From a virus (taxonomy: Duplodnaviria; Caudoviricetes), in the IMG/VR virus record IMGVR_UViG_3300025725_000026, positions 1-61,010 of that record: DNA of 61,010 nt, one strand, 5' to 3'. The notes below the pieces were generated by a model, which was given only the letters and a program-made list of their open reading frames with translations, was not told the origin of the DNA and ran no database searches. The position numbers and the translations under genes are program-made. Below, one piece after another: positions 28,438 through 37,317 of this stretch. Positions within the stretch are counted from its first letter, which is position 1. Each line of letters starts with the position of its first letter.

Positions 28438-29406
28438 TTATATTGCGTCTCCTCTTTTTATATATGGGATTTGCATAAGCTTTGCGCCGGCCTTGGCGGT
28501 GCGATCGCCGCGTTTATCATAAATCATCGTCGTCTGTAAATTGCTGTGCCCCATGAGCTTTGATGTAGTGATCACGTCTACACCCATGTCTAATAATTTG
28601 GAGCAAAACGTTCTGCGCAGGCTGTGGGGGCTGAAACTATTTACTCCTGCCTGGGCAATTCTCTTCCGGAGCACGTTGTACACGGTTTGGGGTGTGAGTC
28701 GCTCTCCATACCGTACTCGGTGGAATTTATTGACAGCCAGGAATAGCGGGCCGGGCTCCATGGTTCGAATAAGTAGCCAATCGTGAAGGGCCTCACCGAT
28801 GCCATCAGCCGCATAAACAAGGCGCTCTTTGTTCCTCTTTCCGCAAACAAGTAGCGTTTCGTCGTTTAGGTTCAGGTCGGCAATATCCAGATCAACGAGC
28901 TCGGCGCGTCTTAACCCACATCCCAAAAGGACGGCGAAGAGTGCGGCGTCCCGGGCGCCTGATGGTGTGATATCGGTTGCGCATACCTTGAAGATGGCTT
29001 CCACTTCGGCGTCCTCGATGTATCGGCCGGCGGGGAGGGACGTGCCGCTGACTTTGCCCAGGTCTACTGCTTTGGCGTATTCCTCCGCAGAGATCTGCCC
29101 CAGGCGCCACGCCGATTTGAGTGTGCCTCGTAAAGCACATAGCATTTTGCGTGCCGTGGAGGGCGCATACTTCTCCATGATATGCGTTCGAATAGCTGCG
29201 GTGTGCGCATAGCGCAGGGCGCCCCATTCGATTTGGAACATGTCGCCACCCAGCCAGCCGGCGATCACTCCCAGGACTTGCTTCTGGGTGCGCCGTCCAG
29301 ACTTGGCGGGTAGACTGGCCAGGTAGACGATGGCCGGGTTAGTATCTGGCGAGCGTGGCGTGTTGATGATTACTGACGGTGTATCGATGATCGTGATTTC
29401 ATTCAT
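28438..29406 (-). CDS. Tyrosine recombinase/integrase
   Basis: RDAAL..GLRRAEL, GKRNKER, HSLRRTF, MGHSNLQTTMIY. Confidence 0.93.
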   Translation of the reverse strand: MNEITIIDTPSVIINTPRSPDTNPAIVYLASLPAKSGRRTQKQVLGVIAGWLGGDMFQIEWGALRYAHTAAIRTHIMEKYAPSTARKMLCALRGTLKSAWRLGQISAEEYAKAVDLGKVSGTSLPAGRYIEDAEVEAIFKVCATDITPSGARDAALFAVLLGCGLRRAELVDLDIADLNLNDETLLVCGKRNKERLVYAADGIGEALHDWLLIRTMEPGPLFLAVNKFHRVRYGERLTPQTVYNVLRKRIAQAGVNSFSPHSLRRTFCSKLLDMGVDVITTSKLMGHSNLQTTMIYDKRGDRTAKAGAKLMQIPYIKRGDAI

Positions 29407-29708
29407 GGCCGATTCTCCGGTAAAAAGTCGTTGAGGTCGCCAACCTTGCGGCGTAGGGCGACAAGTTCCAGCTTCTTGGATTCGATCTGGATATCCAGCA
29501 GGACCAGCCTATTGGCTTTGATGCCTTCCTCGAGTTCGCCAATCTTACGGTCCTGTTCCATTTTTGTCAGTTTGGCGGTGTCGAGGTCGATCTTACGGGA
29601 CGCTGCCAGGCGGTAGGAGAACACGCCCAGGATTTTACGGGCAGCCACGATATTCTGATGGAATAATTGGAATACGGTTTTTTTCTTGCGTCGTATAGTG
29701 ACCTTCAT
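29403..29708 (-). CDS. Hypothetical coiled-coil protein
   Basis: GGAGG RBS; coupled to integrase. Confidence 0.55.
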   Translation of the reverse strand: MKVTIRRKKKTVFQLFHQNIVAARKILGVFSYRLAASRKIDLDTAKLTKMEQDRKIGELEEGIKANRLVLLDIQIESKKLELVALRRKVGDLNDFLPENRP

Positions 29709-29795
29709 TTTTTGCCTCCGTTCTCTATGTCCTTGCCTATCAAGAGATTGACGGCGAGCAGGACGGCGAGCAGGAATAACAGATTGACGACTTCA

Positions 29796-30113
29796 TTAGT
29801 GGGCATTGGAGACTCCTTTCAGTTCGACGTATGCGCTGGGGTACTGGCGCATGGAGGGCAGATCGTGCAACCAGGAGCCATCTACAGACTCGAGTGTCTT
29901 ATAGGTCTGCCCGGGTCCTACCACCATCACGGTCCAGTGACCATATTGAGACGATGAAAAGTCAAGGTTGACAAACAGGACGACGTGGGTGGCGTCCGGG
30001 AAACGTTTTTCGAAATGGCGCAGGATCTTGGTGGCTGCTTGGTCCGGGCGCGGCATTTTGACATGCGCCTCGATGGCTTCGGTCAGTGTGTTGTACTTCG
30101 GTATAGTAGTCAT
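29796..30113 (-). CDS. Hypothetical early protein
   Basis: Coupled ORF with RBS. Confidence 0.6.
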   Translation of the reverse strand: MTTIPKYNTLTEAIEAHVKMPRPDQAATKILRHFEKRFPDATHVVLFVNLDFSSSQYGHWTVMVVGPGQTYKTLESVDGSWLHDLPSMRQYPSAYVELKGVSNAH

Positions 30114-30394
30114 TCTTCCTCGGCTTTCAGGATAGCGGCGTTGGCGTGGTCGTAGTGAGAGTGGAGATACCAGAGCGCCACGCCTTGATTCTCTTCGAGC
30201 AGGGCGAGGAGTTCTTTTAGAGATTCCAGCAGATCAGGAGCGGCGGCATATACTGAGTTTATAAATTCCGGCTCGCCATCCAATCTAATAACCGCGCTGG
30301 ATAAATCTCCCTCACTGCAACCATCAATGTGTTTAGTACATAAGTATTCTGCGCCCCCGTCAGTTGTGTGTGAATACAATCTTTGTGCATTCAT
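30110..30394 (-). CDS. Hypothetical early protein
   Basis: AGGAG RBS; AAAPDLLESLK motif common in phage early proteins. Confidence 0.65.
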   Translation of the reverse strand: MNAQRLYSHTTDGGAEYLCTKHIDGCSEGDLSSAVIRLDGEPEFINSVYAAAPDLLESLKELLALLEENQGVALWYLHSHYDHANAAILKAEEE

Positions 30395-30449
30395 TTGATT
30401 ATTCTCCTGCCGGCTACAATGCCGCCGGCGGGCGTTTTATAACGGCGAG

Positions 30450-30872
30450 TTAATGGGTGGATTCGGTTGCAATTACGGAGATGTCCATAATTTTAGAATT
30501 GTAATCAAGGCGTGCGGGGTCCCAATCGGTTGAGACAGTTACGCCTTTTTTGTTCATCATGCGCTGCACGCGCTGGATGTCAAGCTCGGATAGGCGCTGG
30601 TTATAGAGCGGATGCGCCCATTCAATGACTGCGCATAGGTCGTGATTATTCCAGTCTTCAAGGGCCGAATAAGCCAGATGCAGGATATTTGTGGCGCTGT
30701 CATTTACACTTGCGATCGCTAACCCTATTGCCTGGAACGCTGGAACGCCTTGGGCAAATTCGGGCTTGTAATGCTTGCGCCCTTCTTCTTCCAATGCTTT
30801 AAGGGCTTGTTCGATTCGGGCTTTGGAAATAATATACTCTGTGTAATGAGTCATTCCCTCATTCGTGGTCAT
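30450..30872 (-). CDS. Hypothetical early protein
   Basis: GAGGT RBS; ATGA coupling. Confidence 0.6.
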   Translation of the reverse strand: MTTNEGMTHYTEYIISKARIEQALKALEEEGRKHYKPEFAQGVPAFQAIGLAIASVNDSATNILHLAYSALEDWNNHDLCAVIEWAHPLYNQRLSELDIQRVQRMMNKKGVTVSTDWDPARLDYNSKIMDISVIATESTH

Positions 30873-31216
30873 TGAGTCACCTCGGGGGCTGGTGCCTGAT
30901 TGAGTTTGTCGGCTTCAATGCGTGCGTGCCGGCGTGCCTGGTACAGTGATTCGAACTGCTGAAATTCACAATTGAGCTCGTTGCACGATCCATCTTCGGC
31001 CATGATGCGCACGGTATACAGGCGGGGGGATGAATAATCAAACTTTTCCGATGTTATGAATACAATCCCGCTCCACGTTTGGATGATTCCTGGTGCGATT
31101 CGGCTATCAAAGAAGCGCATTGACGCCGGGCTAAAGAAGTCCTGACCGCGCTCCGCGTTATACTCTTTCATCGATCTAATGTTTCTTACCTGGGATAAAC
31201 TTTCTAAGTTATACAT
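30869..31216 (-). CDS. Conserved-looking phage early protein
   Basis: FFSPASMRFFDSRI..FITSEK..RLYTVR; GAGGAG RBS. Confidence 0.6.
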   Translation of the reverse strand: MYNLESLSQVRNIRSMKEYNAERGQDFFSPASMRFFDSRIAPGIIQTWSGIVFITSEKFDYSSPRLYTVRIMAEDGSCNELNCEFQQFESLYQARRHARIEADKLNQAPAPEVTQ

Positions 31217-31297
31217 TTTGATTCTCCTCGCTGGGTGGGTTGGGTGATTGTCCAGCATTGAGGCGGGTTATTTTCCAATAGCCCGCCCGGATGCGGG

Positions 31298-31558
31298 TTA
31301 ATCGCGTTCGAGTTGTAGATGATTGACCGCGAGGGACTCGCGAAGGGTTGTGATCCTGGGGGCAATGGCCGCCCATGAAATAGCGGTAAGGGTGATATAA
31401 ACCCGCACGGCGCCGCATTCGTGCTTAATGGGGATGTGGCGCATTGTGCCGCCGGCCTCTTTTACCAGTTTGCGGACATCCGGTAATTTTGCGGTATTTA
31501 CATACCAGATATAGAATTTTTCGATCTCGCTGCCATATAGGTTTAATTGCGTGCTCAT
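31298..31558 (-). CDS. Hypothetical early protein
   Basis: GAGGAG RBS downstream of a TTGACA promoter. Confidence 0.6.
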   Translation of the reverse strand: MSTQLNLYGSEIEKFYIWYVNTAKLPDVRKLVKEAGGTMRHIPIKHECGAVRVYITLTAISWAAIAPRITTLRESLAVNHLQLERD

Positions 31559-31619
31559 TATTGACTCCTCTTTGATCTTGTGCCCGGGTGAAGGGCTGGT
31601 GTACGAGAATATTATCAGG

Positions 31620-31862
31620 TTATGAGAATATTGTCAAGGGCTGGGGGATCCTAGGGGTCAAGGTGCCCGGGCGGTGGGCTGCGGGCTGGGCGTTTATAAA
31701 CGGGCTGCGGACTGTGGTGCTGGCCGGTGCGGGGGTGCCTTGGCATTCGGGCTGAGGGCCGAAGAAGAACTCGGCGACAAGCGCGTCTATCGCTGCAAGG
31801 TTAGAGATAATTGTCGATATACTGGATTCGGGTGGGGGTGGGGTGGGGCGATATGATTTCAT
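31620..31862 (-). CDS. Pro-rich hypothetical protein
   Basis: AAGGA RBS before MKSYRPT. Confidence 0.4.
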   Translation of the reverse strand: MKSYRPTPPPPESSISTIISNLAAIDALVAEFFFGPQPECQGTPAPASTTVRSPFINAQPAAHRPGTLTPRIPQPLTIFS

Positions 31863-31913
31863 GGTGTTATCCTTTCGGGTGGGTGGTGTAGCCAATTGGC
31901 TGATAATTGCAGA

Positions 31914-31949
31914 GCATTCGCCCGTATAGACGATCATACGGGCGAATGC
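31914..31949. repeat. Perfect 14-bp hairpin
   Basis: GCATTCGCCCGTAT-agacgatc-ATACGGGCGAATGC. Confidence 0.75.
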
Positions 31950-31954
31950 CAGGA

Positions 31955-32131
31955 TTACAGGTCACATCCAGTGAAGAATCCGGGCATCCCGCGCCATTCG
32001 ACGCCAATACATAGGGTGGGGGTAAAATCTACTACCACGCCGGCGTTAAGGGCGCTATAGAAATGGACGCGCGAATGGAGATAGGCAAAAAGTAGAGATA
32101 TTAGCACTAGGGCGATTATTATTCGTTTCAT
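31955..32131 (-). CDS. 58-aa membrane/secreted peptide (not in ORF track)
   Basis: GGGGAG RBS; MKRIIIALVLISLLFAYL.. Confidence 0.6.
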   Translation of the reverse strand: MKRIIIALVLISLLFAYLHSRVHFYSALNAGVVVDFTPTLCIGVEWRGMPGFFTGCDL

Positions 32132-32149
32132 GGTATTTTCTCCCCGTGA

Positions 32150-32314
32150 TTAGAAGAACAGATAGAGCCCAGAGCGGAGAATTTCCAACTTTACAAGGAT
32201 CCTGAATTCTGGCGTTATATACCAGAATATCGCAAGGAAAGCGGCTAATACAAGGAAAGCTATAATCCAGGATACTCTGTGCTCGCGGGCGATGGATTCG
32301 GTTAATTCGTTCAT
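32150..32314 (-). CDS. 54-aa membrane peptide (not in ORF track)
   Basis: GGAGGT RBS; ..VSWIIAFLVLAAFLAIFWYI.. Confidence 0.6.
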   Translation of the reverse strand: MNELTESIAREHRVSWIIAFLVLAAFLAIFWYITPEFRILVKLEILRSGLYLFF

Positions 32315-32448
32315 TTTAATACCTCCACCAGGTTATAGACGAATAGGATACATTGAGAGACGAAACATACTGCCAGGATAATTATCGTGCTGTTATCCTT
32401 GCAAGCTTGCCAATACTTTTTTAGCTGATTCCATGTTTGGGTTGTCAT
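32311..32448 (-). CDS. 45-aa membrane peptide (not in ORF track)
   Basis: GAGGAG RBS after TTGTAT-16-TATACT; ..TIIILAVCFVSQCILFVY.. Confidence 0.6.
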   Translation of the reverse strand: MTTQTWNQLKKYWQACKDNSTIIILAVCFVSQCILFVYNLVEVLK

Positions 32449-32875
32449 TGTATATCTCCTCACCAATAGTATACTACCTTATGAGAATAATACAATAGGC
32501 AATACCTTACAGTTTATCGCGTGTTGGCCCGGATGCTTGCGAATGATCATAGCTGGGGAAGCAGCATGCCAGGATTTTAGCGCGTGTATACCCGGATGCT
32601 TAGAGTATGCAAGGGCATACACCAGCTTGTGTGATTTCAAAATTATTCCACGAAAAAGTTTTTTTATTTGCATACATAGAGTTATTATCGTATACATAAT
32701 GGTATACATTGTATTAATGTATATACATTACTCTATAGACGTTATGAGTATATACATTCTCATAATTTATAGATGATCCATCCCCCAGCATGAAAACAAA
32801 ACTTAATGCAAAACCAGCCCAGGCGCATGCACTCCCTCTCTTGCACGATTCCTCCAAATTGCCATCCTCCCCATA

Positions 32876-32904
32876 TTGACATTATAAAAATTTAGTGCTA
32901 TGAT
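32876..32904 (+). promoter_or_regulatory. Sigma70-type promoter upstream of the RNA cluster
   Basis: TTGACA-17-TATGAT with TGn extension. Confidence 0.8.
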
Positions 32905-32913
32905 ATTGACCAA

Positions 32914-33024
32914 GAACGGTGCAGTAGCTCAAGAAGGCAGAGCACCTCGGAGAACTCCCGGAACCTGGTTTCGCAGGAGTAGACTAAGAGGAATAGTTGG
33001 GAGTTCGAATCTCCCCCACCGTTC
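32914..33024 (+). ncRNA. tRNA-like RNA with expanded anticodon arm
   Basis: D-arm TAGCTC-AAGAAGGCA-GAGC, T-arm GGGAG-TTCGAAT-CTCCC, closing GAACGGTG/CACCGTTC; no 7-nt anticodon loop. Confidence 0.7.
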
Positions 33025-33025
33025 G

Positions 33026-33139
33026 GATGGGCGGGCGGCAGATATGCCGGACGAGGCGTAAGACACCTAGTAGCGTGGTGGATAGCCGGCAGACGAATAC
33101 GCCTCCGAATGTGGACACGCTTACTACATCCCGCCCATC
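33026..33139 (+). ncRNA. Candidate multi-stem structured RNA
   Basis: 10-bp closing stem plus three internal stems and loop-loop complementarity. Confidence 0.5.
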
Positions 33140-33161
33140 ATCAAGATAGAGGAGAAATGGG

Positions 33162-33452
33162 ATGAAACAATTCTTGAAGGACAACTTGGGGACAATCGTA
33201 GCGCTTCTCGCGGCTATCGCAATTGCACTGATCCTCCTGGGCGTCATGATTGACATGAGCCACATGCCTATAGATCATAGCGTGCACGAGTACGTCTTGC
33301 TACTCACGACTGGCGAGCATCTGACTGTCCAGTTCGAGCGGTGCGAGACGAAGATATTCTGGTCCAGTATGTACGCTGTGTGTGGGGCAAACACGCTGGA
33401 TGGCGTGGATGAAACTTGGCGTGCTGCGATTGTGGCTATTGAGGAGAAATGA
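33162..33452 (+). CDS. Membrane-anchored hypothetical protein
   Basis: GAGGAG RBS; N-terminal TM helix. Confidence 0.6.
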   Translation: MKQFLKDNLGTIVALLAAIAIALILLGVMIDMSHMPIDHSVHEYVLLLTTGEHLTVQFERCETKIFWSSMYAVCGANTLDGVDETWRAAIVAIEEK

Positions 33453-33453
33453 G

Positions 33454-34128
33454 ATGGATAAGCCTGTGATCAAGAGTGGCGTGAATGGATATTTCGTACC
33501 AAGCTATCCGATCTGCCAGGGGTGCGAGAACCTGACTGTTGGGGCCGGCTGGTACTGCGCATTTAAGCCAGGCACCCGGGAGTGTGAATATCCAGAGAAG
33601 ATGCCGCCGAAGCCTGTCGAAAAGGAATCGGGGAGCGACACGAAAGCACTTGAATATTTTATAAAAAACGCCTACAGCGACCAGCGAACTTGTCAAGTAA
33701 ATCGTTATCAAGAGAAGTCCGCTGCCGAACTTGCGGAACTGACTGACCATATTCTGCAAATTGACAGCGAGTTGTTGTACGAAAGCAACCAGAACGTAAA
33801 ACTCCGCGCCATGCTGGAAGGCTATCAGGCAACTAGTGATTTGTTGAAAATTCGGGAGGAGCAGGTTGGGGAATTGCTAGAAGAAAAAGGCAAACTCCGC
33901 GCCGAATTGGATGTTGCTTGTCACATTGACGCAAAAGATAAAGTCGGCTTCGACTGGGCGGTATTGACCAAAATTGAAGACCAGAGAATTGCACTGGACG
34001 AGGCGAGGAACTTACTAGAATGTTCCCTCCCGCACGTTGAGGCTATGGTTGGAATTGCATCAGCCGCTAGGGGATTGCCGGAAGAAATAGCCGCCTATCT
34101 CGCCGCACACAAGGAGGTGGAAAAATGA
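33454..34128 (+). CDS. Hypothetical protein (Cys cluster + coiled coil)
   Basis: GAGGAG RBS before MDKPV. Confidence 0.6.
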   Translation: MDKPVIKSGVNGYFVPSYPICQGCENLTVGAGWYCAFKPGTRECEYPEKMPPKPVEKESGSDTKALEYFIKNAYSDQRTCQVNRYQEKSAAELAELTDHILQIDSELLYESNQNVKLRAMLEGYQATSDLLKIREEQVGELLEEKGKLRAELDVACHIDAKDKVGFDWAVLTKIEDQRIALDEARNLLECSLPHVEAMVGIASAARGLPEEIAAYLAAHKEVEK

Positions 34129-34352
34129 GCGAAACTTTTGTGAAGGATTACATTGTTACTTTTGATTATGGGGACTATCAAAGCATCTATTTGTTCCCCC
34201 AAATGACGCGGAGACAGATTATTAAATACATAGTTGTCCACGATTTGCTGGGAGAGGCGTGTCGCTCAGTTTCCACCGAGGAAACAGCCGAGAAAAGTAA
34301 AGAGGGCGTAATGTTTTTAGCCGCCCTGCGAACCACAGGAGAGCAGCCATGA
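34125..34352 (+). CDS. Hypothetical protein
   Basis: GGAGGT RBS; ATGA coupling. Confidence 0.6.
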   Translation: MSETFVKDYIVTFDYGDYQSIYLFPQMTRRQIIKYIVVHDLLGEACRSVSTEETAEKSKEGVMFLAALRTTGEQP

Positions 34353-34840
34353 TTTTGAAGCCGGACTTTGATATTGAAGATTTTATACAGTCCTTACCTT
34401 GGAAAACCGCTACGGACTACGAAAAAACATTAGTAGCCGGAAATCTTCGCAATCTATATTCCAAGATGGTAGAAGTAAATGAGCACGAAGGGTCAATGGG
34501 GTTTTATCAAGGACTTCTGACCGTTGCCGACCAAATGAAGGCGATACCAGCCGGAGCAGAGTATTATGCGAACCGCTACGACACCGACGACACTCACGTC
34601 ATTCATATCTGGTCAAACAAAGGTAATTCGTTTGATATTCAAGTGCCGAGAGAACACGCCCTACATGATGCCAGAAAACATCCTGAACATGATGCGGAGC
34701 GGGTGCGCATACTGCGGGAGGCGCTGGACATGGCAAAGAGCGGACTGACTTGGTGGTTTGATAGAAATCCACTCCAAGTTGAAGAATGCGACCATGACGC
34801 CATGAAAGAAATTGACGCCGCACTGGAGCAGACGAAATGA
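34349..34840 (+). CDS. Hypothetical protein
   Basis: AGGAG RBS; ATGA coupling. Confidence 0.6.
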   Translation: MILKPDFDIEDFIQSLPWKTATDYEKTLVAGNLRNLYSKMVEVNEHEGSMGFYQGLLTVADQMKAIPAGAEYYANRYDTDDTHVIHIWSNKGNSFDIQVPREHALHDARKHPEHDAERVRILREALDMAKSGLTWWFDRNPLQVEECDHDAMKEIDAALEQTK

Positions 34841-34910
34841 ACGAGACCGAGATCAAACAACTGCTCGACACGCTCTCTGAATTCGAGGCGTCTGTGGCGC
34901 TGAAAAAGAT

Positions 34911-36389
34911 ATGATAAACATCATCCAGTCCGATGCTGTGAAATTCGCGAACGAGTACGATGGTCCACTGTTCCACTCCCTGCTCTCCGACCCGCCCTAT
35001 CATCTGACTTCTATTGTCAAGCGATTCGGAAAGGAAGGATCGGCGCCTGCCCAGTTCGGTAAGGATGGCGCATTTTCACGTGCCTCCAAGGGGTTTATGG
35101 GCAAGGTCTGGGATGGCGGCGATGTCGCCTTTCAGCCAGAAACCTGGGCGGCGTTTATGAAAGTTTTGCATCCCGGTGCGTTCGGCATGGCTTTCGCGTC
35201 TGCGCGTGGCTGGCACCGACTTGCGGTTGCGATCGAGGACGCTGGGTTCGTTATCCATCCGACAATCTTTGGATGGTTGTATGGACAAGGATTCCCAAAA
35301 GCGACAAGGATTGATACACAGATCGATAGAGCGGCCGGGGTTGAACAGAAGAAGATTCCAAACCCTTTGGCGGCCAAGCAAACTGGTCAAACTGGAACGG
35401 TGGCTCTTCTGGACCGGAGTGATAATTCCGAACTATCTCTTCCCTCCACAGATCTCGCCAAAGCTTGGGCCAGCCACCGCTATGGTCTGCAGGCACTCAA
35501 ACCCGCCCTCGAACCCATCATCGTGTTCCAGAAGCCCTACGAGGGCAAGCCGATTGATTGCATGGTGGCTACGGGCGCTGGAGCGTTGAATATCGATGGT
35601 GGCAGGATTCCCGCCGATAAACCATATACAATCAATACTTGGGACGATGGTGCGCATCCATTTGGGGACGGTGCTGGTAATTCATTTACTGGGCGAGAAG
35701 TAGATGGTCGCTGGCCGGCAAACTTCATCCTCGGAGACGCGGGCGCTGCAAATGCGCTCGATGTGCAGAGTGGAAACCGGAAAAGTGGTCACATGGGTCC
35801 GGAGCACAAGCGCGGAGAAACAGCCGGAGAATATCAGTCTCCCCACGGAATCTATGGCAAATTCAACAACGAGGGCATTCCACTCAACGAAACTATTGGC
35901 GATGAAGGTGGCGCCTCTCGCTTCTTTTACCGCGTACAGGAACAGATCGACGAGTCAGATCCCGTCTACTACTGCTCGAAGGCGTCGAAAAAAGAACGCG
36001 ACGAAGGATTGGAGAATTTGCCAGTTCAGTTGTTTGGCCAGTCGGGCGGCGCCCAGAGTGCTCTCGCCCGGGGCGAGAGCACATACCAAGAAGGCGAAAA
36101 CACCTCAACTGGCATGAATACGATAAAAAAACGCCACAATCCGCATCCTACCTTGAAGCCCATCGCACTCGCCAAGTATCTCGCCACCCTACTTCTTCCG
36201 CCCGCCATGTACGCACCTCGCAGACTCTTTGTACCCTTCGCCGGCGTAGCCAGCGAGTGCATTGGCGCAAGTCAGGCGCTCTGGGAAGATGTGGTCGGTA
36301 TAGAAATGGAAGCCCAGTATTGCGAGATTGCGCGCGCGCGCTCGGAATACTGGGAAAAGAAGGGCGTTCAACTGGAGATGTTCAAATGA
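34911..36389 (+). CDS. N6/N4 DNA methyltransferase (beta class)
   Basis: SDPPY, GFMGKVWD, WLYGQGFPK, ALKPALEPI, HPTLKP, variant motif I VPFAGVAS. Confidence 0.9.
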   Translation: MINIIQSDAVKFANEYDGPLFHSLLSDPPYHLTSIVKRFGKEGSAPAQFGKDGAFSRASKGFMGKVWDGGDVAFQPETWAAFMKVLHPGAFGMAFASARGWHRLAVAIEDAGFVIHPTIFGWLYGQGFPKATRIDTQIDRAAGVEQKKIPNPLAAKQTGQTGTVALLDRSDNSELSLPSTDLAKAWASHRYGLQALKPALEPIIVFQKPYEGKPIDCMVATGAGALNIDGGRIPADKPYTINTWDDGAHPFGDGAGNSFTGREVDGRWPANFILGDAGAANALDVQSGNRKSGHMGPEHKRGETAGEYQSPHGIYGKFNNEGIPLNETIGDEGGASRFFYRVQEQIDESDPVYYCSKASKKERDEGLENLPVQLFGQSGGAQSALARGESTYQEGENTSTGMNTIKKRHNPHPTLKPIALAKYLATLLLPPAMYAPRRLFVPFAGVASECIGASQALWEDVVGIEMEAQYCEIARARSEYWEKKGVQLEMFK

Positions 36390-36688
36390 TCAAAGATACC
36401 AAGTTCTTCTACACTTACAAATGGATCAAGCAGGCCGCACTCCTCGAGAATATGCCGGATATTAACATAAAAGAAGAGATTGGCATCGGTCACATCTCTG
36501 TAGGCGGCTCGTTGCTGTGCGGACAGAACCCGGATGCCATCGAGAAAGACTCGGTCGCCGACGGTCATTTCACCGTAGCCAATTGGCATAAAGGCGTTGC
36601 GCTTTGTCCGGAATGCCAACAGAGATGGAAGACCTACCCGGGCAGCCCGTGGAAACTATGGGAAGATCGGGAGGCAAAGAGAGTATGA
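36386..36688 (+). CDS. Hypothetical zinc-binding protein
   Basis: H..LLCG..CPEC; ATGA coupling. Confidence 0.55.
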   Translation: MIKDTKFFYTYKWIKQAALLENMPDINIKEEIGIGHISVGGSLLCGQNPDAIEKDSVADGHFTVANWHKGVALCPECQQRWKTYPGSPWKLWEDREAKRV

Positions 36689-37260
36689 ATGGATTTATTC
36701 CAGAACAACCCAAAAGCGCGCAGGAAGTCCCGTATTTCGAGGATGTCTCATCATCGGACGGTTGGCAGGGCCAGACCACTGGGAAGTCAATTGAGGCCCT
36801 GAAATCAGAAATAACGATCGCTATCTCCCGGCTGGGAGGTACGGTTGTTGGTTTCCAGAGAGGTACGTTTTATCTGGACGGCAAGAACCGAGAGGGCTTC
36901 CGTATTCACTGTACGCTTGAAGGCAAGGACGGGAAACTCACACCAGCTAGGATTGAGATAGCCGCCCTGCCCATTAAGGAAAAAAGACCACGCAGGCGAG
37001 GAGATTACAGTAAAGATAATCGCCTCGAACAGTCCTTGAAAATGGCTTTATTTATGTTCCGCAATGCCATTCAGGGCCAGTGGTTCATGTCGCAGTTATC
37101 GCCCGGATACGCCCCATTGATGCCCTTCATTCTTATCAATAAAGACAAAACTATTTCCCAACTCTGGGCGGAGGACCCGGTTATGAACCGCCTTCTTCCG
37201 TCCGGAGCGGAGGGCGAACAGTTTGTTGTCGACGGCGAGATAAGAGAGGCAAAAGAATGA
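36685..37260 (+). CDS. Hypothetical protein
   Basis: GGAGG RBS; ATGA coupling. Confidence 0.6.
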   Translation: MNGFIPEQPKSAQEVPYFEDVSSSDGWQGQTTGKSIEALKSEITIAISRLGGTVVGFQRGTFYLDGKNREGFRIHCTLEGKDGKLTPARIEIAALPIKEKRPRRRGDYSKDNRLEQSLKMALFMFRNAIQGQWFMSQLSPGYAPLMPFILINKDKTISQLWAEDPVMNRLLPSGAEGEQFVVDGEIREAKE

Positions 37261-37310
37261 AACTCGTCTATATCGATCTTCCGTACACAAAGGATTGTAG
37301 TATGGTATAA
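37257..37310 (+). pseudogene. Vestigial 5' end (MKLVYIDLPYT..) of the gene now starting at 37763
   Basis: KLVYI matches MNKKLVYIASAYS; ATGA-coupled to the upstream gene. Confidence 0.65.
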
Positions 37311-37317
37311 TCTTATA

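Noticed and set aside
32945-32991. Amber suppressor tRNA or recoded genetic code
   Set aside because: CTA is not in a canonical anticodon loop, and genes are intact under code 11 with TAG used as a stop
33026-33139. Hammerhead or HDV-like ribozyme assignment
   Set aside because: Core reads CGGACGA/CGAA rather than CUGANGA/GAAA, and the end-to-end closing stem does not fit HDV topology; left unassigned
34911-36389. Restriction-modification system
   Set aside because: Neither methylase has a convincing adjacent restriction enzyme; they look like ordinary orphan phage methylases
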